From the NCBI GenBank assembly GCA_963668095.1, contig OY764083.1, positions 738,322 through 802,321 on the forward strand: a stretch of 64,000 nt of DNA. The letters run 5' to 3'. Each line of letters starts with the position of its first letter. Within the stretch, counting starts at the first letter, position 1. Below the pieces are notes generated by a model. The model was not told where the DNA came from and did no database searches. It was given only the letters and a program-made list of their open reading frames with translations. The position numbers and the translations under genes were made by a program. Shown here one piece after another: positions 37,892 to 46,570 of this stretch. The stretch comes from Acidobacteriota bacterium (GTDB lineage: Bacteria; Acidobacteriota; UBA6911; RPQK01; JAJDTT01).

Positions 37892-38845
37892 GTGAAATAC
37901 ATCGTCAATCTGCCCATCGCCGGCCCCTTGGCGGCTCCCCGCAGCCTTTCGACTCTGGCTCGGGCCGCAGAGGCCCAGGGAGTCGACGTCATCTCCGCCA
38001 GCGAGCGCCTGGTCCTGCCCCGATCCGTCGAGACCCGCTACCCGTACGGCGCCACGGGCAAGTTTCCCGGCGGAACCGCCAGCCAGAAAAGCCTTGAGAT
38101 GCTGATGACCTTGGCCTTTCTCTGCGGCCAGACGTCCCGGGTCCGCATCCTGACCTCGGTGCTGGTTCTGCCCTACCGGGACCCGATCCTGGCGGCCAAG
38201 ATGCTGGCCACCCTGGACGTCCTCTCCCAGGGCCGGCTCATCGTGGGTTGCGGCGTCGGCTGGATGCGGGAGGAGTTCGAAGCCCTGGGCTTGCCGGTCC
38301 GATTCGAGGACCGGGGCCGAGCCTCGGACGAGTACCTGAGGGGCATGCAGGAACTCTGGTGTAGCGAGAACCCTGAGTTTAAAGGCAACCATGTTCGATT
38401 TTCCGGGATCGAATTCCATCCTCAGCCGGTGCAGCGTCCTCATCCGTCCTTCTGGTTCGGCGGAGAGAGCACTGCGGCCCTCCGGCGCGTCGCCCGCTTC
38501 GGGGACGGATGGATGCCCATTGCCGGAAATCCCCGGCATCCACTCGACCACGACCGGCAACTCGCCCGGGCGATTGAAAGACTGCACCGCATGGTGGAGG
38601 CGAAAGGCCGGGATCCGGACAAGATCCACGTTCGTTTCGGCGGAGGGTGGAACGAATCCCCGCGCCGGAGCCCGGGAGGAAAGAGACTGCCCATGAGCGG
38701 CACTGTCCAGCAGGTGGCCGGAGACATCCGCCGCTATCAGGATATGGGAGTCGACCACATGGGAGTGGGTCTGCTGACCGACGATCTGTCCGAGAGCCTG
38801 GAACGGATCGAGCGCTTCATGACGAGTGTCGCGCCCTCGGTCTAG
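37892..38845 (+). CDS. LLM-class (luciferase-like) flavin/F420-dependent oxidoreductase
   Basis: 317 aa, apparent GTG start. GRLIVGCGVGWMREEFEALG and FWFGGES blocks typical of the luciferase-like monooxygenase family. Confidence 0.7.
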   Translation: MKYIVNLPIAGPLAAPRSLSTLARAAEAQGVDVISASERLVLPRSVETRYPYGATGKFPGGTASQKSLEMLMTLAFLCGQTSRVRILTSVLVLPYRDPILAAKMLATLDVLSQGRLIVGCGVGWMREEFEALGLPVRFEDRGRASDEYLRGMQELWCSENPEFKGNHVRFSGIEFHPQPVQRPHPSFWFGGESTAALRRVARFGDGWMPIAGNPRHPLDHDRQLARAIERLHRMVEAKGRDPDKIHVRFGGGWNESPRRSPGGKRLPMSGTVQQVAGDIRRYQDMGVDHMGVGLLTDDLSESLERIERFMTSVAPSV

Positions 38846-38858
38846 AAATCTGCGCGAT

Positions 38859-40091
38859 TCACACTCTCAGGAAGATTCTCTGCCGATACATCCACCAGCA
38901 GACCAGCCAGAACGTGAGCCCCACCATCATCGACTCGAGGGCAGGCTCATTGGCGGCTCCCCAGAGCTGGAAGATGCTCTGCCCCAGGTGTGTCCGCAAG
39001 GTTGCTGCGGTCCAGTTGGGTAGAAGCATGCTCATCGCGTAGATCGCTATGGAGTTGGTTCCCACCACCACCAGAGGGAAGGTCCAGCGACGGATCCCGG
39101 CCACGTCAATTAGGACGTAGAGTCCTCCCAGGATCAGGCAGCACCAAGCCGTCGAAAAGATGGCCCAGGAGGGTGTCCAGATCCGCTTTATGAGTGGACA
39201 GACACCCGTCCAATCGAGGAACAGTCCAACGGCCAGACCAAGAACCCCCGCTGCCAGAAGTGTTCTGAGCTTGGTTTGGACCGAGCGGTGCGAACGCAGG
39301 AACCCGCCGACCATCAGGCCGAAAAGCATGGTGGCCAGGGAGGGAATGAAATTGATGGTCGCATACCCTCCACCGTTGTAGACGAACGGCTCCTGGCGTG
39401 GCAGCTGGTTCAGCAGCCAGCCGTCAATGGCATGACCGACGTTGGCGTTTTTATGCCAGGCTGGAGACACTTCCGCCAGATATTGCTGAGCCCACTCCGG
39501 TTGAACACCCACCTCAGGCGAGCCGCTCGGAAGCTCGACACCGGCTCCGGGATACAGGACGTACAACATCCAGGTCAGGATCAGGACGAATACTGCCCCA
39601 AGGGACTGACTTCGAAGTCTTCGACGCCAGAACAAAAAGAGGAAAGTGTAGCCCAGCCCGATCTGCGTCAGGACATTCATTAGTGACCAACTGGTGCTGG
39701 AGAGCGAATCGGAAATCAGGAAGATGCCCAGAAGAATGAGGATGGCGGATCTCCAGAGGGCGTGGCGCAGCATCTTGCCGTACGAGTGCCCATGTCCAGA
39801 TCGTTTCGCATAGGAGTAGGCCATCGACACTCCCACCATAAACATGAAGGAGGGTTGGATCAGATCCCAGTAGCCGAATCCGGTCCAGGGGACGTGGGAA
39901 AACTGATAATGAACCGTCTGCCAGAAGGAAGAGTCCGGGTTTGTTGCCAGATGATTCTTGGCCGTCTCCCTGAGACCGAAACCCTTGAAGGCGAGGGAGA
40001 CCATGATCAGTCCACGATAGGCGTCAAGAGACAGCAACCTCTGTTGCTGCCAATAGCTTCTTGCGACCTCGGATTCACTGTGGGATCCCAC
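38859..40091 (-). CDS. DUF1624/DUF5009 (heparan-alpha-glucosaminide N-acetyltransferase-like) integral membrane acyltransferase-family protein
   Basis: About 410 aa with about 10 TM helices. The hallmark N-terminal QRLLSLDAYRGLIMV is typical of HGSNAT-like proteins. The start codon is non-ATG in the track and the coordinate is uncertain by 1 nt. Confidence 0.6.
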   Translation of the reverse strand: MGSHSESEVARSYWQQQRLLSLDAYRGLIMVSLAFKGFGLRETAKNHLATNPDSSFWQTVHYQFSHVPWTGFGYWDLIQPSFMFMVGVSMAYSYAKRSGHGHSYGKMLRHALWRSAILILLGIFLISDSLSSTSWSLMNVLTQIGLGYTFLFLFWRRRLRSQSLGAVFVLILTWMLYVLYPGAGVELPSGSPEVGVQPEWAQQYLAEVSPAWHKNANVGHAIDGWLLNQLPRQEPFVYNGGGYATINFIPSLATMLFGLMVGGFLRSHRSVQTKLRTLLAAGVLGLAVGLFLDWTGVCPLIKRIWTPSWAIFSTAWCCLILGGLYVLIDVAGIRRWTFPLVVVGTNSIAIYAMSMLLPNWTAATLRTHLGQSIFQLWGAANEPALESMMVGLTFWLVCWWMYRQRIFLRV

Positions 40092-40230
40092 GAACGCCCC
40101 TCCGTAGAGTCGATATCAAATTTACGATGATCAGCATGCTGGCACCGTTCGCATGGTGATTCAACTGACCGTAGATGGCCTTTCTGCTGCGATAGGCTGC
40201 CGCTGAACGGCACGGCCCAGCAGAGGGCCG

Positions 40231-40391
40231 AAGGGGAAAAGGGTGACTGTCCCCTGCTCGGGAAAAAGGTGACGAAGGGGAAAAGGGTGACTGTCCCCTG
40301 CTCGGGAAAAAGGTGACGGGAAAAAGGTGACTGTCCCCTTCTCGCGACGGACGCGCGGGACCTTCTCGCGACGGACGGACGGACGCGCGGA
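40231..40391. repeat. BIME-like tandem cluster: 44-bp unit (gaaggggaaaagggtgactgtcccctgctcgggaaaaaggtgac) x2 plus a partial third copy, followed by ctcgcgacggacg repeats
   Basis: Seen directly. The unit carries the GACTGTCCCC core (reverse orientation of GGGGACAGTC) three times. Confidence 0.8.
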
Positions 40392-40427
40392 GGGAAATTA
40401 GGAGCGGTTGATGGCCGGACCGACGTT

Positions 40428-40928
40428 TTGCCCTCGAGGGGATCGGTTCACGACGAGACGAATGTTGATTTGAGTGCTCCTTTCGCGGTCGGCTGGGCGC
40501 GGGCAACCTGCTCGAGGCGGGTGAAGGCCAGCATTCTGTTTCGCCATCGCAACAGCGAAGGAGAACAGCGAAGGAGTACCCACAGGAGAAGCGGAGTCAA
40601 CGCGGCGACCGTACCGTCAACCCGGTTTGTCACCTTTGCCGAACAGGGAGAAGGTAAGTTTGGAACCGGAGTTGCCAATGCCAATCCTTCCGCCAAATCA
40701 GCTCACGTCACCTTTACTGCCAAGAACGCCGCGGGGCGATTACTGGCCAGCGTCGACAGGACACTGTTGCCTGGAGGCCATGACGCGCAGGGCATGTCGT
40801 CGCTGTTCGGTGCCACCAGCTTTACCGGATCGCTCGAAGTCACCTCTTCAGTGCCCATCGTCAGTCTTTCCATTAATATCGAAGCTGATCCCGTATTCTC
40901 CTCTTTGCCTCCTGGGGAAATTGAATAG
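40428..40928 (+). CDS. possible 5'-truncated or remnant gene for a secreted beta-rich protein
   Basis: The ORF starts right after the repeat cluster with a non-ATG codon. Only the C-terminal about 110 aa (…VTFTAKNAAGRLLASVDRTLLPGGHDAQGMSSLFGATSFTGSLEVTSSVPIVSLSINIEADPVF) look protein-like, with lower GC. May be a fragment. Confidence 0.25.
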   Translation: MPSRGSVHDETNVDLSAPFAVGWARATCSRRVKASILFRHRNSEGEQRRSTHRRSGVNAATVPSTRFVTFAEQGEGKFGTGVANANPSAKSAHVTFTAKNAAGRLLASVDRTLLPGGHDAQGMSSLFGATSFTGSLEVTSSVPIVSLSINIEADPVFSSLPPGEIE

Positions 40929-40971
40929 AAGCTGGAGTCCCATCCGGATTTTGGAGGAACTACAAAGTGAA

Positions 40972-42192
40972 TCAGACCGATGCGACCGTTTCCCGCCGGC
41001 AGATTCCGGCCAGGAGCCCCATCCCCTCCCGAATGACCGCGGGCGGATCGTAACCGAAGCAGAGCCTGGCGCAATTGTGCCCCGAGTTACCCTCGGGTGA
41101 CAGGCGCACCCCGGGGAAGATGATAATGCCCTGGCGAAGTGCCTGGTCGGCAACCGCCTGCATGTCGACTCCAGGAGCCAAAGTCAGCCAGATGAACAGG
41201 CCGCCCCGCGGACGGCTCCAAGTAGCCCCGAAGTCCGACGGCTCTCCGAACCCCGCCTCCAGTCCCTCCAGCATGGCGTCCCGCTTGCGGCGCAGAATGC
41301 CGTTGGCGGACCGGATGTGCTCTTCCAGGTGGCTCTCGGCATAGCGATGGACGGCCAACGCTCCCAACTGGCTCACTCCCCCTCCGCTCTTGATGGCCGA
41401 GATCCGGTCCAGGAGCGGTGACGGTCCGGCCAGGTAGCCGAGGCGGACTCCCGGCCCGATGATCTTGGAGAAGGATCCGACATAGACGACCACGCCCTCG
41501 TTATCTAGGGCGGCAATGGCCGGGACCGGCTCCCCCTCAAAACGAAGGTCCACGTAGCAATCGTCCTCCAGGATGGCGATCCCGTGCCGTTGGGCCGTCT
41601 CCAACAGGTGCTGCCGGCGCTCCAGGCTCATGACCCATCCCAGAGGATTCTGGAAAGTCGGAATCGTGTAGATGAGCTTGACTCGTTTCCCCTCGCCGGA
41701 CGCGCTTCGAATCGCCCCTTCCAGGGCATTGGGCAGGAATCCTTCCTGGTCGCAGGCCACCCCCCGGATATCCGCACCGAATCGTCTCAGGATTCCCAGA
41801 GTCCCCGGATAGGTGAACTCTTCGGTCAGGACCACCTCGCCCGGGTTCATCAGAGCCTCGATGACCATGTGATTGGGCTGACTGGAGCCATCCCCCAGAA
41901 TGACGTCCTCCGACGAGACGGAAATACTTCGGTCCCGCGCCAATTTCTCAGCGATGTACTCCCGCAGGGGCGGATACCCCGAGGGATGAGGGTATTTGGC
42001 CAGTCCCCGCCCTTCCTCTTTCAGACCCACCCGGAGAGCTTCAGCCAACTCCGCCAACGGCAGTGAGTCGGGATCGGGATAGGCCACGCCGAAGTCATAG
42101 GGTGCGCCCGGATGGGCCTGCCGCGGCCCCGCCTGTCGCGGTATCGAGCGGGAATAAACGTCCTCTTGGGCGAACAAGCTCCGTTTCGGCAT
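40972..42192 (-). CDS. PLP-dependent aminotransferase (class I/II fold, 2-aminoadipate/aromatic aminotransferase-like)
   Basis: 406 aa from ATG 42192 (MPKRSLFAQEDVYSRS...). PLP-lysine context YVGSFSKIIGPGVRLGYL. The track ORF (to 43929) has a long spurious N-terminus antisense to the SBP gene. Confidence 0.8.
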   Translation of the reverse strand: MPKRSLFAQEDVYSRSIPRQAGPRQAHPGAPYDFGVAYPDPDSLPLAELAEALRVGLKEEGRGLAKYPHPSGYPPLREYIAEKLARDRSISVSSEDVILGDGSSQPNHMVIEALMNPGEVVLTEEFTYPGTLGILRRFGADIRGVACDQEGFLPNALEGAIRSASGEGKRVKLIYTIPTFQNPLGWVMSLERRQHLLETAQRHGIAILEDDCYVDLRFEGEPVPAIAALDNEGVVVYVGSFSKIIGPGVRLGYLAGPSPLLDRISAIKSGGGVSQLGALAVHRYAESHLEEHIRSANGILRRKRDAMLEGLEAGFGEPSDFGATWSRPRGGLFIWLTLAPGVDMQAVADQALRQGIIIFPGVRLSPEGNSGHNCARLCFGYDPPAVIREGMGLLAGICRRETVASV

Positions 42193-42282
42193 GGTTGGAT
42201 CCTCCCGGCGCCCGATCCGAATCCGCTTGCGGCGTCCGACCGGCTCTGCCATTCTGCCAGAACATCGACGATCGCCGATGAA

Positions 42283-44301
42283 ATGTCCAGCAGAATGTCG
42301 ACATTCCTCCCAGCCCTCATGGCCTTTGCATCCCTTGGCTGCCAACCGGATCTCGCCTCTGACGCTCCTGTTTCCTCGCCCTATCTGATCTACGAAGAGA
42401 CCCCGCAAGGGGCCGAGATCGTCCTCGACCCCGAGCGCCGGCCCCGCCGGTTCCAGGAGTCCCCGATGCTGGCCCGCCTGGTGGCCCGGGGGAAGCTCCC
42501 ACCGGTGGAAGAACGGCTTCCGGAGAATCCGTTGGTCCTCCATCCCACCGAGTCCATCGGCCGGTACGGAGGGACCTTGAAATCCGGCATGATCGCCAAG
42601 GGTCTCAACGAAGAGATGAACCGGATCATGGGAATGGAGAAATTCCTCTTCTACGACGCAACCGGAACCCGGGTCGTCCCCAGCGTGGCCGAAGACTGGC
42701 GCCAGAGCGAGGATGGCCGCCGGCTCCGAATTCAACTGCGGCGAGGCATGCGCTGGTCCGACGGCCACCCCTTCACCGCGGAGGACGTGCGCTTCTATTG
42801 GGAAGATATCCACGCCCACCCGGACGTATTTCCCTACCCCGATCCGGACCTGACGGTCAACGGCAAAACGATGCAGTTCCAGGTCCTGGACCCACACACG
42901 GTGCTCTTCCGATTCGACGATCCCCATCACCGGCTCGTGGAGATCGTGGCCTCCGCCTTCAGCCGGTTCGCCGGAAGCGTCTTCGGAGAGTTCCTCTGGG
43001 GACCGTACGCACCGGCGCATTATCTCAAGCAGTTCCATCCGGGCTACGTGTCCCCGGAGGATCTCAATCTCAGAGTGGGGGAATCCCAGCAGGAAGACTG
43101 GGTCGGCCTGATGAAGCTCCGGAACAACTACGCTCTGAACCCCGAGCTGCCGGTCCTGATGCCCTGGAGGACCGTGCAGGCGCGGGACACGGCCGTATGG
43201 GTCCTGGAGCGGAACCCTTATTTCTGGGAGGTGGACACCGAGGGCAATCAACTCCCTTACATCGACCGCTGGATCCTGACCAAGGCCACGGACCGCGAAG
43301 TCGTCAACCTGCGGGCCATTGCCGGCGAATACGACTTCCAGTACCGGTATCTGGACCTCAAGAACCTGCCCGTCTTTCTGGAGCATGCCGGGGAGGAGAA
43401 CTACAACGTCTATCTCAACCCCTCCCTGTCGGGGATGCTCTTCGGCTGCTATTTCAATCTGGCATGGGAGGGAGACCCCGAGGTCTCCAGATTGATTCGC
43501 GATGCGAACTTCCGCCGCGCGCTCTCCCTGGGCCTCCGCCGGACTCAGTTCAGTGACGCCTTTTACTTCTCGTTGGCCAGACCCGGCGCGGCCGGACCGT
43601 TTCCGACACACCCGGAGCATCCAGGGGAGAGCTATCGGACCCGCTGGTCCACCTACGATCCGGACCAGGCCAATGCCCTGCTGGACGATCTCGGACTCCA
43701 CGAGCGGGACGACGAAGGATACCGGATGCGAAGCGACGGACGCGGCCGGCTTCGAATCCGGATTCCCGCTCCGTCCGACCGCATTGAGATCCCCAAGTTC
43801 CAGATGTTGGAACAACAAATCGAAGAGCTGGGAATCGCCGTCGACCTTCCCATCCTGGGACGAACCCTCTGGTGGGAGGAGATGCGGGCCAACCGCGCCC
43901 AGATCACCTGCTGGGCGAACCCGACCCAATCCGTCTGGGGCAGCCAGCCAATGTATGTCCTTCCCGTCAGCCGATTATCTCCCATCGGTCCCTTGTTCGG
44001 GCTCTGGTTTTCCAGTAACGGAAGACTGGGAAAGATGCCCACCGATCCGAAGATCCTCCGGGCCCTGGAACTCTATCGGCTCGGCCGAACCCGGACGGCT
44101 TCGGAAAGGGCCCGGATCGGCCGGGAGATCTGGTCGATCGCCATCCATGAGCAGTGGATGATGAGCACCGTGGGGCGGGCGCCCACTCTGGTGCGGATCT
44201 CCGACCGGCGGCTGGGCAACATCCCGGCAGGGCTCTGCACCCAGGACAATTGCCGCGCTCCTTCCACAGGTCGTTTGGAGACCCTGTATTGGAAGGAGTA
44301 G
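42283..44301 (+). CDS. ABC transporter substrate-binding protein, family 5 (oligopeptide/dipeptide/nickel type), lipoprotein
   Basis: Start ATG 42283 (MSSRMSTFLPALMAFASLGCQPD, lipobox LGC). About 670 aa. Family-5 SBP blocks (LVLHPTESIGRYGGTLK, WSDGHPFTAEDV). Confidence 0.8.
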   Translation: MSSRMSTFLPALMAFASLGCQPDLASDAPVSSPYLIYEETPQGAEIVLDPERRPRRFQESPMLARLVARGKLPPVEERLPENPLVLHPTESIGRYGGTLKSGMIAKGLNEEMNRIMGMEKFLFYDATGTRVVPSVAEDWRQSEDGRRLRIQLRRGMRWSDGHPFTAEDVRFYWEDIHAHPDVFPYPDPDLTVNGKTMQFQVLDPHTVLFRFDDPHHRLVEIVASAFSRFAGSVFGEFLWGPYAPAHYLKQFHPGYVSPEDLNLRVGESQQEDWVGLMKLRNNYALNPELPVLMPWRTVQARDTAVWVLERNPYFWEVDTEGNQLPYIDRWILTKATDREVVNLRAIAGEYDFQYRYLDLKNLPVFLEHAGEENYNVYLNPSLSGMLFGCYFNLAWEGDPEVSRLIRDANFRRALSLGLRRTQFSDAFYFSLARPGAAGPFPTHPEHPGESYRTRWSTYDPDQANALLDDLGLHERDDEGYRMRSDGRGRLRIRIPAPSDRIEIPKFQMLEQQIEELGIAVDLPILGRTLWWEEMRANRAQITCWANPTQSVWGSQPMYVLPVSRLSPIGPLFGLWFSSNGRLGKMPTDPKILRALELYRLGRTRTASERARIGREIWSIAIHEQWMMSTVGRAPTLVRISDRRLGNIPAGLCTQDNCRAPSTGRLETLYWKE

Positions 44302-44370
44302 ACTCTGCCGTGGGACAACACCGATCCTCTGCAGACCACCGTCCGGCGTGACGGCACGCGAAAACCGATC

Positions 44371-45363
44371 ATGGTTGCCTATCTGCGCCGCCGCCTGCTC
44401 CAAGCGACCCTGACGATCTGGGCCATCAGCATCGTTTCGTTCGTTCTCATCGAGCTGCCACCGGGGGACTTCGTCACCGCCTACGTGGACCGGCGCGCCT
44501 CCCAGGGCATTCCCCTGCCGGCGGAGGAGATCCAGATCCTGAGAGTCCGTTATGGCTTGGACCAACCCGCAGCCCAGCGCTATCTGATCTGGATGGGTCG
44601 GTTGCTCCGCGGTGACCTCGGCGTCTCCTGGATTCGCGGGCAGCCGGTTTCGGAGATCATCTCCGATCGCCTCTGGTTGACCATGGCCGTATCTCTGGCC
44701 GCCATTCTGCTCACCTGGGCGGTGGCTCTGCCGGTGGGTGTCTACTCGGCCATTCGCCAATATTCGGCGGGAGACTATCTGTTCACACTCCTCTGCTTCG
44801 CCGGTGTCGGCGTCCCCAACTTCCTGCTCGGCCTCCTCGTCATGTACCTGGGATTCGTCTGGTTCGATGCGGATGTCGGCGGGCTCCTCTCATCCCAGTA
44901 CGTGGACGCCCCCTGGAACGCCGCCAAGCTTTGGGACCTGATCAAGCATCTTCCCCTACCGGCCCTGGTGCTGGGCCTGGGCGGAACGGCCTACATGATT
45001 CGGATCCTCCGTGCCAATCTGCTGGATGAACTGTCCAAACCGTACGTTCTCACCGCCAGGGCCAAGGGGCTCTCGGAGATCCGGCTCCTTCTCAAGTACC
45101 CCCTGCGCGTGGCCCTGAACCCGTTCGTCAGCACCGCCGGCTATCTGCTTCCCTATCTGGTCTCGGGCAGCGTCATCGTCTCCATGGTCATGAGCCTTCC
45201 CACCGTGGCGCCAGTGTTATTGTCGGCCCTCATGGACCAGGATCTTTACCTGGCCGGCACCCTGGTGCTCCTGCTGGGCGTGCTTACCGTGGTGGGAACG
45301 CTGATTTCGGATCTGCTTCTGCTCTGGATCGATCCCAGGATCCGGTTCCGGGGACAGTCATGA
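44371..45363 (+). CDS. ABC transporter permease (DppB/OppB-type)
   Basis: 330 aa, 6 TM helices, binding-protein-dependent permease signature region. Its last about 8 codons lie in the tandem repeat at 45340-45363. Confidence 0.85.
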   Translation: MVAYLRRRLLQATLTIWAISIVSFVLIELPPGDFVTAYVDRRASQGIPLPAEEIQILRVRYGLDQPAAQRYLIWMGRLLRGDLGVSWIRGQPVSEIISDRLWLTMAVSLAAILLTWAVALPVGVYSAIRQYSAGDYLFTLLCFAGVGVPNFLLGLLVMYLGFVWFDADVGGLLSSQYVDAPWNAAKLWDLIKHLPLPALVLGLGGTAYMIRILRANLLDELSKPYVLTARAKGLSEIRLLLKYPLRVALNPFVSTAGYLLPYLVSGSVIVSMVMSLPTVAPVLLSALMDQDLYLAGTLVLLLGVLTVVGTLISDLLLLWIDPRIRFRGQS

Positions 45364-45455
45364 ATCCAGAGCCACGGTCTTGGGGACAGTCATGAATCCG
45401 CCGGTTTTGGGGTCAGTCACGTGAATCCGCCGGTTTTGGGGACAGTCACGAATCC
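45340..45455. repeat. four tandem about 30-bp units (gaatcc-N-ggttttGGGGACAGTCAyg) spanning the permease-1 stop and the permease-2 start
   Basis: Seen directly: ccggttccggggacagtcatga / atccagagccacggtcttggggacagtcatg / aatccgccggttttggggtcagtcacgtg / aatccgccggttttggggacagtcacg. Confidence 0.8.
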
Positions 45456-46560
45456 GGAGCCGGAGGAGATTGAATTCCAGTTCGAAACGGCGTCCTCCTG
45501 GCAACTGACCTGGAGGCGCTTCCGCCGGCACAAGCTGGCTCTCGTCTCCCTGATCCTCCTGGGATTCCTTTACCTGGTGGTTCTGCTGGCCGATTTACTT
45601 GCCACCGCCGACCCCACCCGAATCGATGCCAGCCGAGCCTACCTGCCTCCCCAACCCATCCACCTGCGGGACGACAGCGGATTCAATCCGCATGTCCACC
45701 CGGTCTCCGGGGATTGGGACCACCGCATTTTTCGACGAGTCCATCACATCGATCCGCGTCGGAGGCTCCCGGTCCGCCCGCTGGCCAGAGGCTACGAATA
45801 CGAGTTTCTGGGTCTGATTCCGACCGATCTGCACCTAATCGGGGTTGAGGGTGAGACCCAGGCCCTATCGCTGCTGGGTACGGACGGGCTGGGACGCGAC
45901 CTCTTCTCCCGCCTGATCCACGGCACCCGGACCTCGCTCACCATCGGTCTGGCGGGAGTCATCCTGAGCCTGGTTCTGGGCGTCGTGCTGGGCGGAATCT
46001 CCGGGTTCTACGGAGGCGCGGTCGACACCGTGATCCAGCGAGTCATCGAGATCCTTCTCTCCATTCCCACCATTCCCCTGTGGCTGGGCCTGGCCGCCGC
46101 CATGCCCCGGGACTGGGGAGTGCTCCGCGTCTATTTTATCCTCACGGTCATCCTGTCCCTCATCGGCTGGACCCGCCTGGGCCGGGAGGTCCGCGGCCGT
46201 TTCCTGGTGCTCAGGCAGGAGGACTACGTCCTGGCCGCCGAACTGATGGGCGCCAGCCGGGCCTCCGTCATCCGGCGCCACATGGTGCCCGCTATCACCA
46301 GTCACGTCATCGCCACCGCGACCCTCGCCCTGCCGGCGATGATCATCGCCGAAACCTCCCTCAGCTTTCTGGGACTCGGTCTGCGTCCGCCGGCCATCAG
46401 CTGGGGAATCCTGCTGCAAGGGGCCCAGCAGGTGCAGGTCCTGGCGCTGAGGCCCTGGTTGTTGGCTCCTGCAGTGCCGGTCATCGTGTCCATTCTGGCC
46501 TTCAATTTCGTGGGAGACGGCCTGCGTGACGCCGCGGACCCCTATGCCAGGAGAACTTGA
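45421..46560 (+). CDS. ABC transporter permease (DppC/OppC-type)
   Basis: 379 aa. The only in-frame start is GTG 45421, inside the 4th repeat unit. N-terminal WRRFRRHKLALVSLILLGFL typical of DppC. Permease signature ALAGEPRILIADEPTTALDV is not here; the EAA-like loop is present. Confidence 0.75.
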   Translation: MNPPVLGTVTNPEPEEIEFQFETASSWQLTWRRFRRHKLALVSLILLGFLYLVVLLADLLATADPTRIDASRAYLPPQPIHLRDDSGFNPHVHPVSGDWDHRIFRRVHHIDPRRRLPVRPLARGYEYEFLGLIPTDLHLIGVEGETQALSLLGTDGLGRDLFSRLIHGTRTSLTIGLAGVILSLVLGVVLGGISGFYGGAVDTVIQRVIEILLSIPTIPLWLGLAAAMPRDWGVLRVYFILTVILSLIGWTRLGREVRGRFLVLRQEDYVLAAELMGASRASVIRRHMVPAITSHVIATATLALPAMIIAETSLSFLGLGLRPPAISWGILLQGAQQVQVLALRPWLLAPAVPVIVSILAFNFVGDGLRDAADPYARRT

Positions 46561-46570
46561 AGCTCAACCC

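Noticed and set aside
40231-40391. CRISPR array
   Set aside because: Repeat units are directly abutting, with no unique spacers of regular length, and no cas genes in the window. Better explained as a REP/BIME-like cluster.
42193-43929. N-terminal 580 codons of the 985-aa minus-strand ORF
   Set aside because: Antisense to the well-supported SBP gene. The genuine aminotransferase starts at ATG 42192.
45340-45455. CRISPR array or terminator cluster between permease genes
   Set aside because: Units are contiguous about 30-mers without spacers. They also carry coding sequence of both flanking genes.
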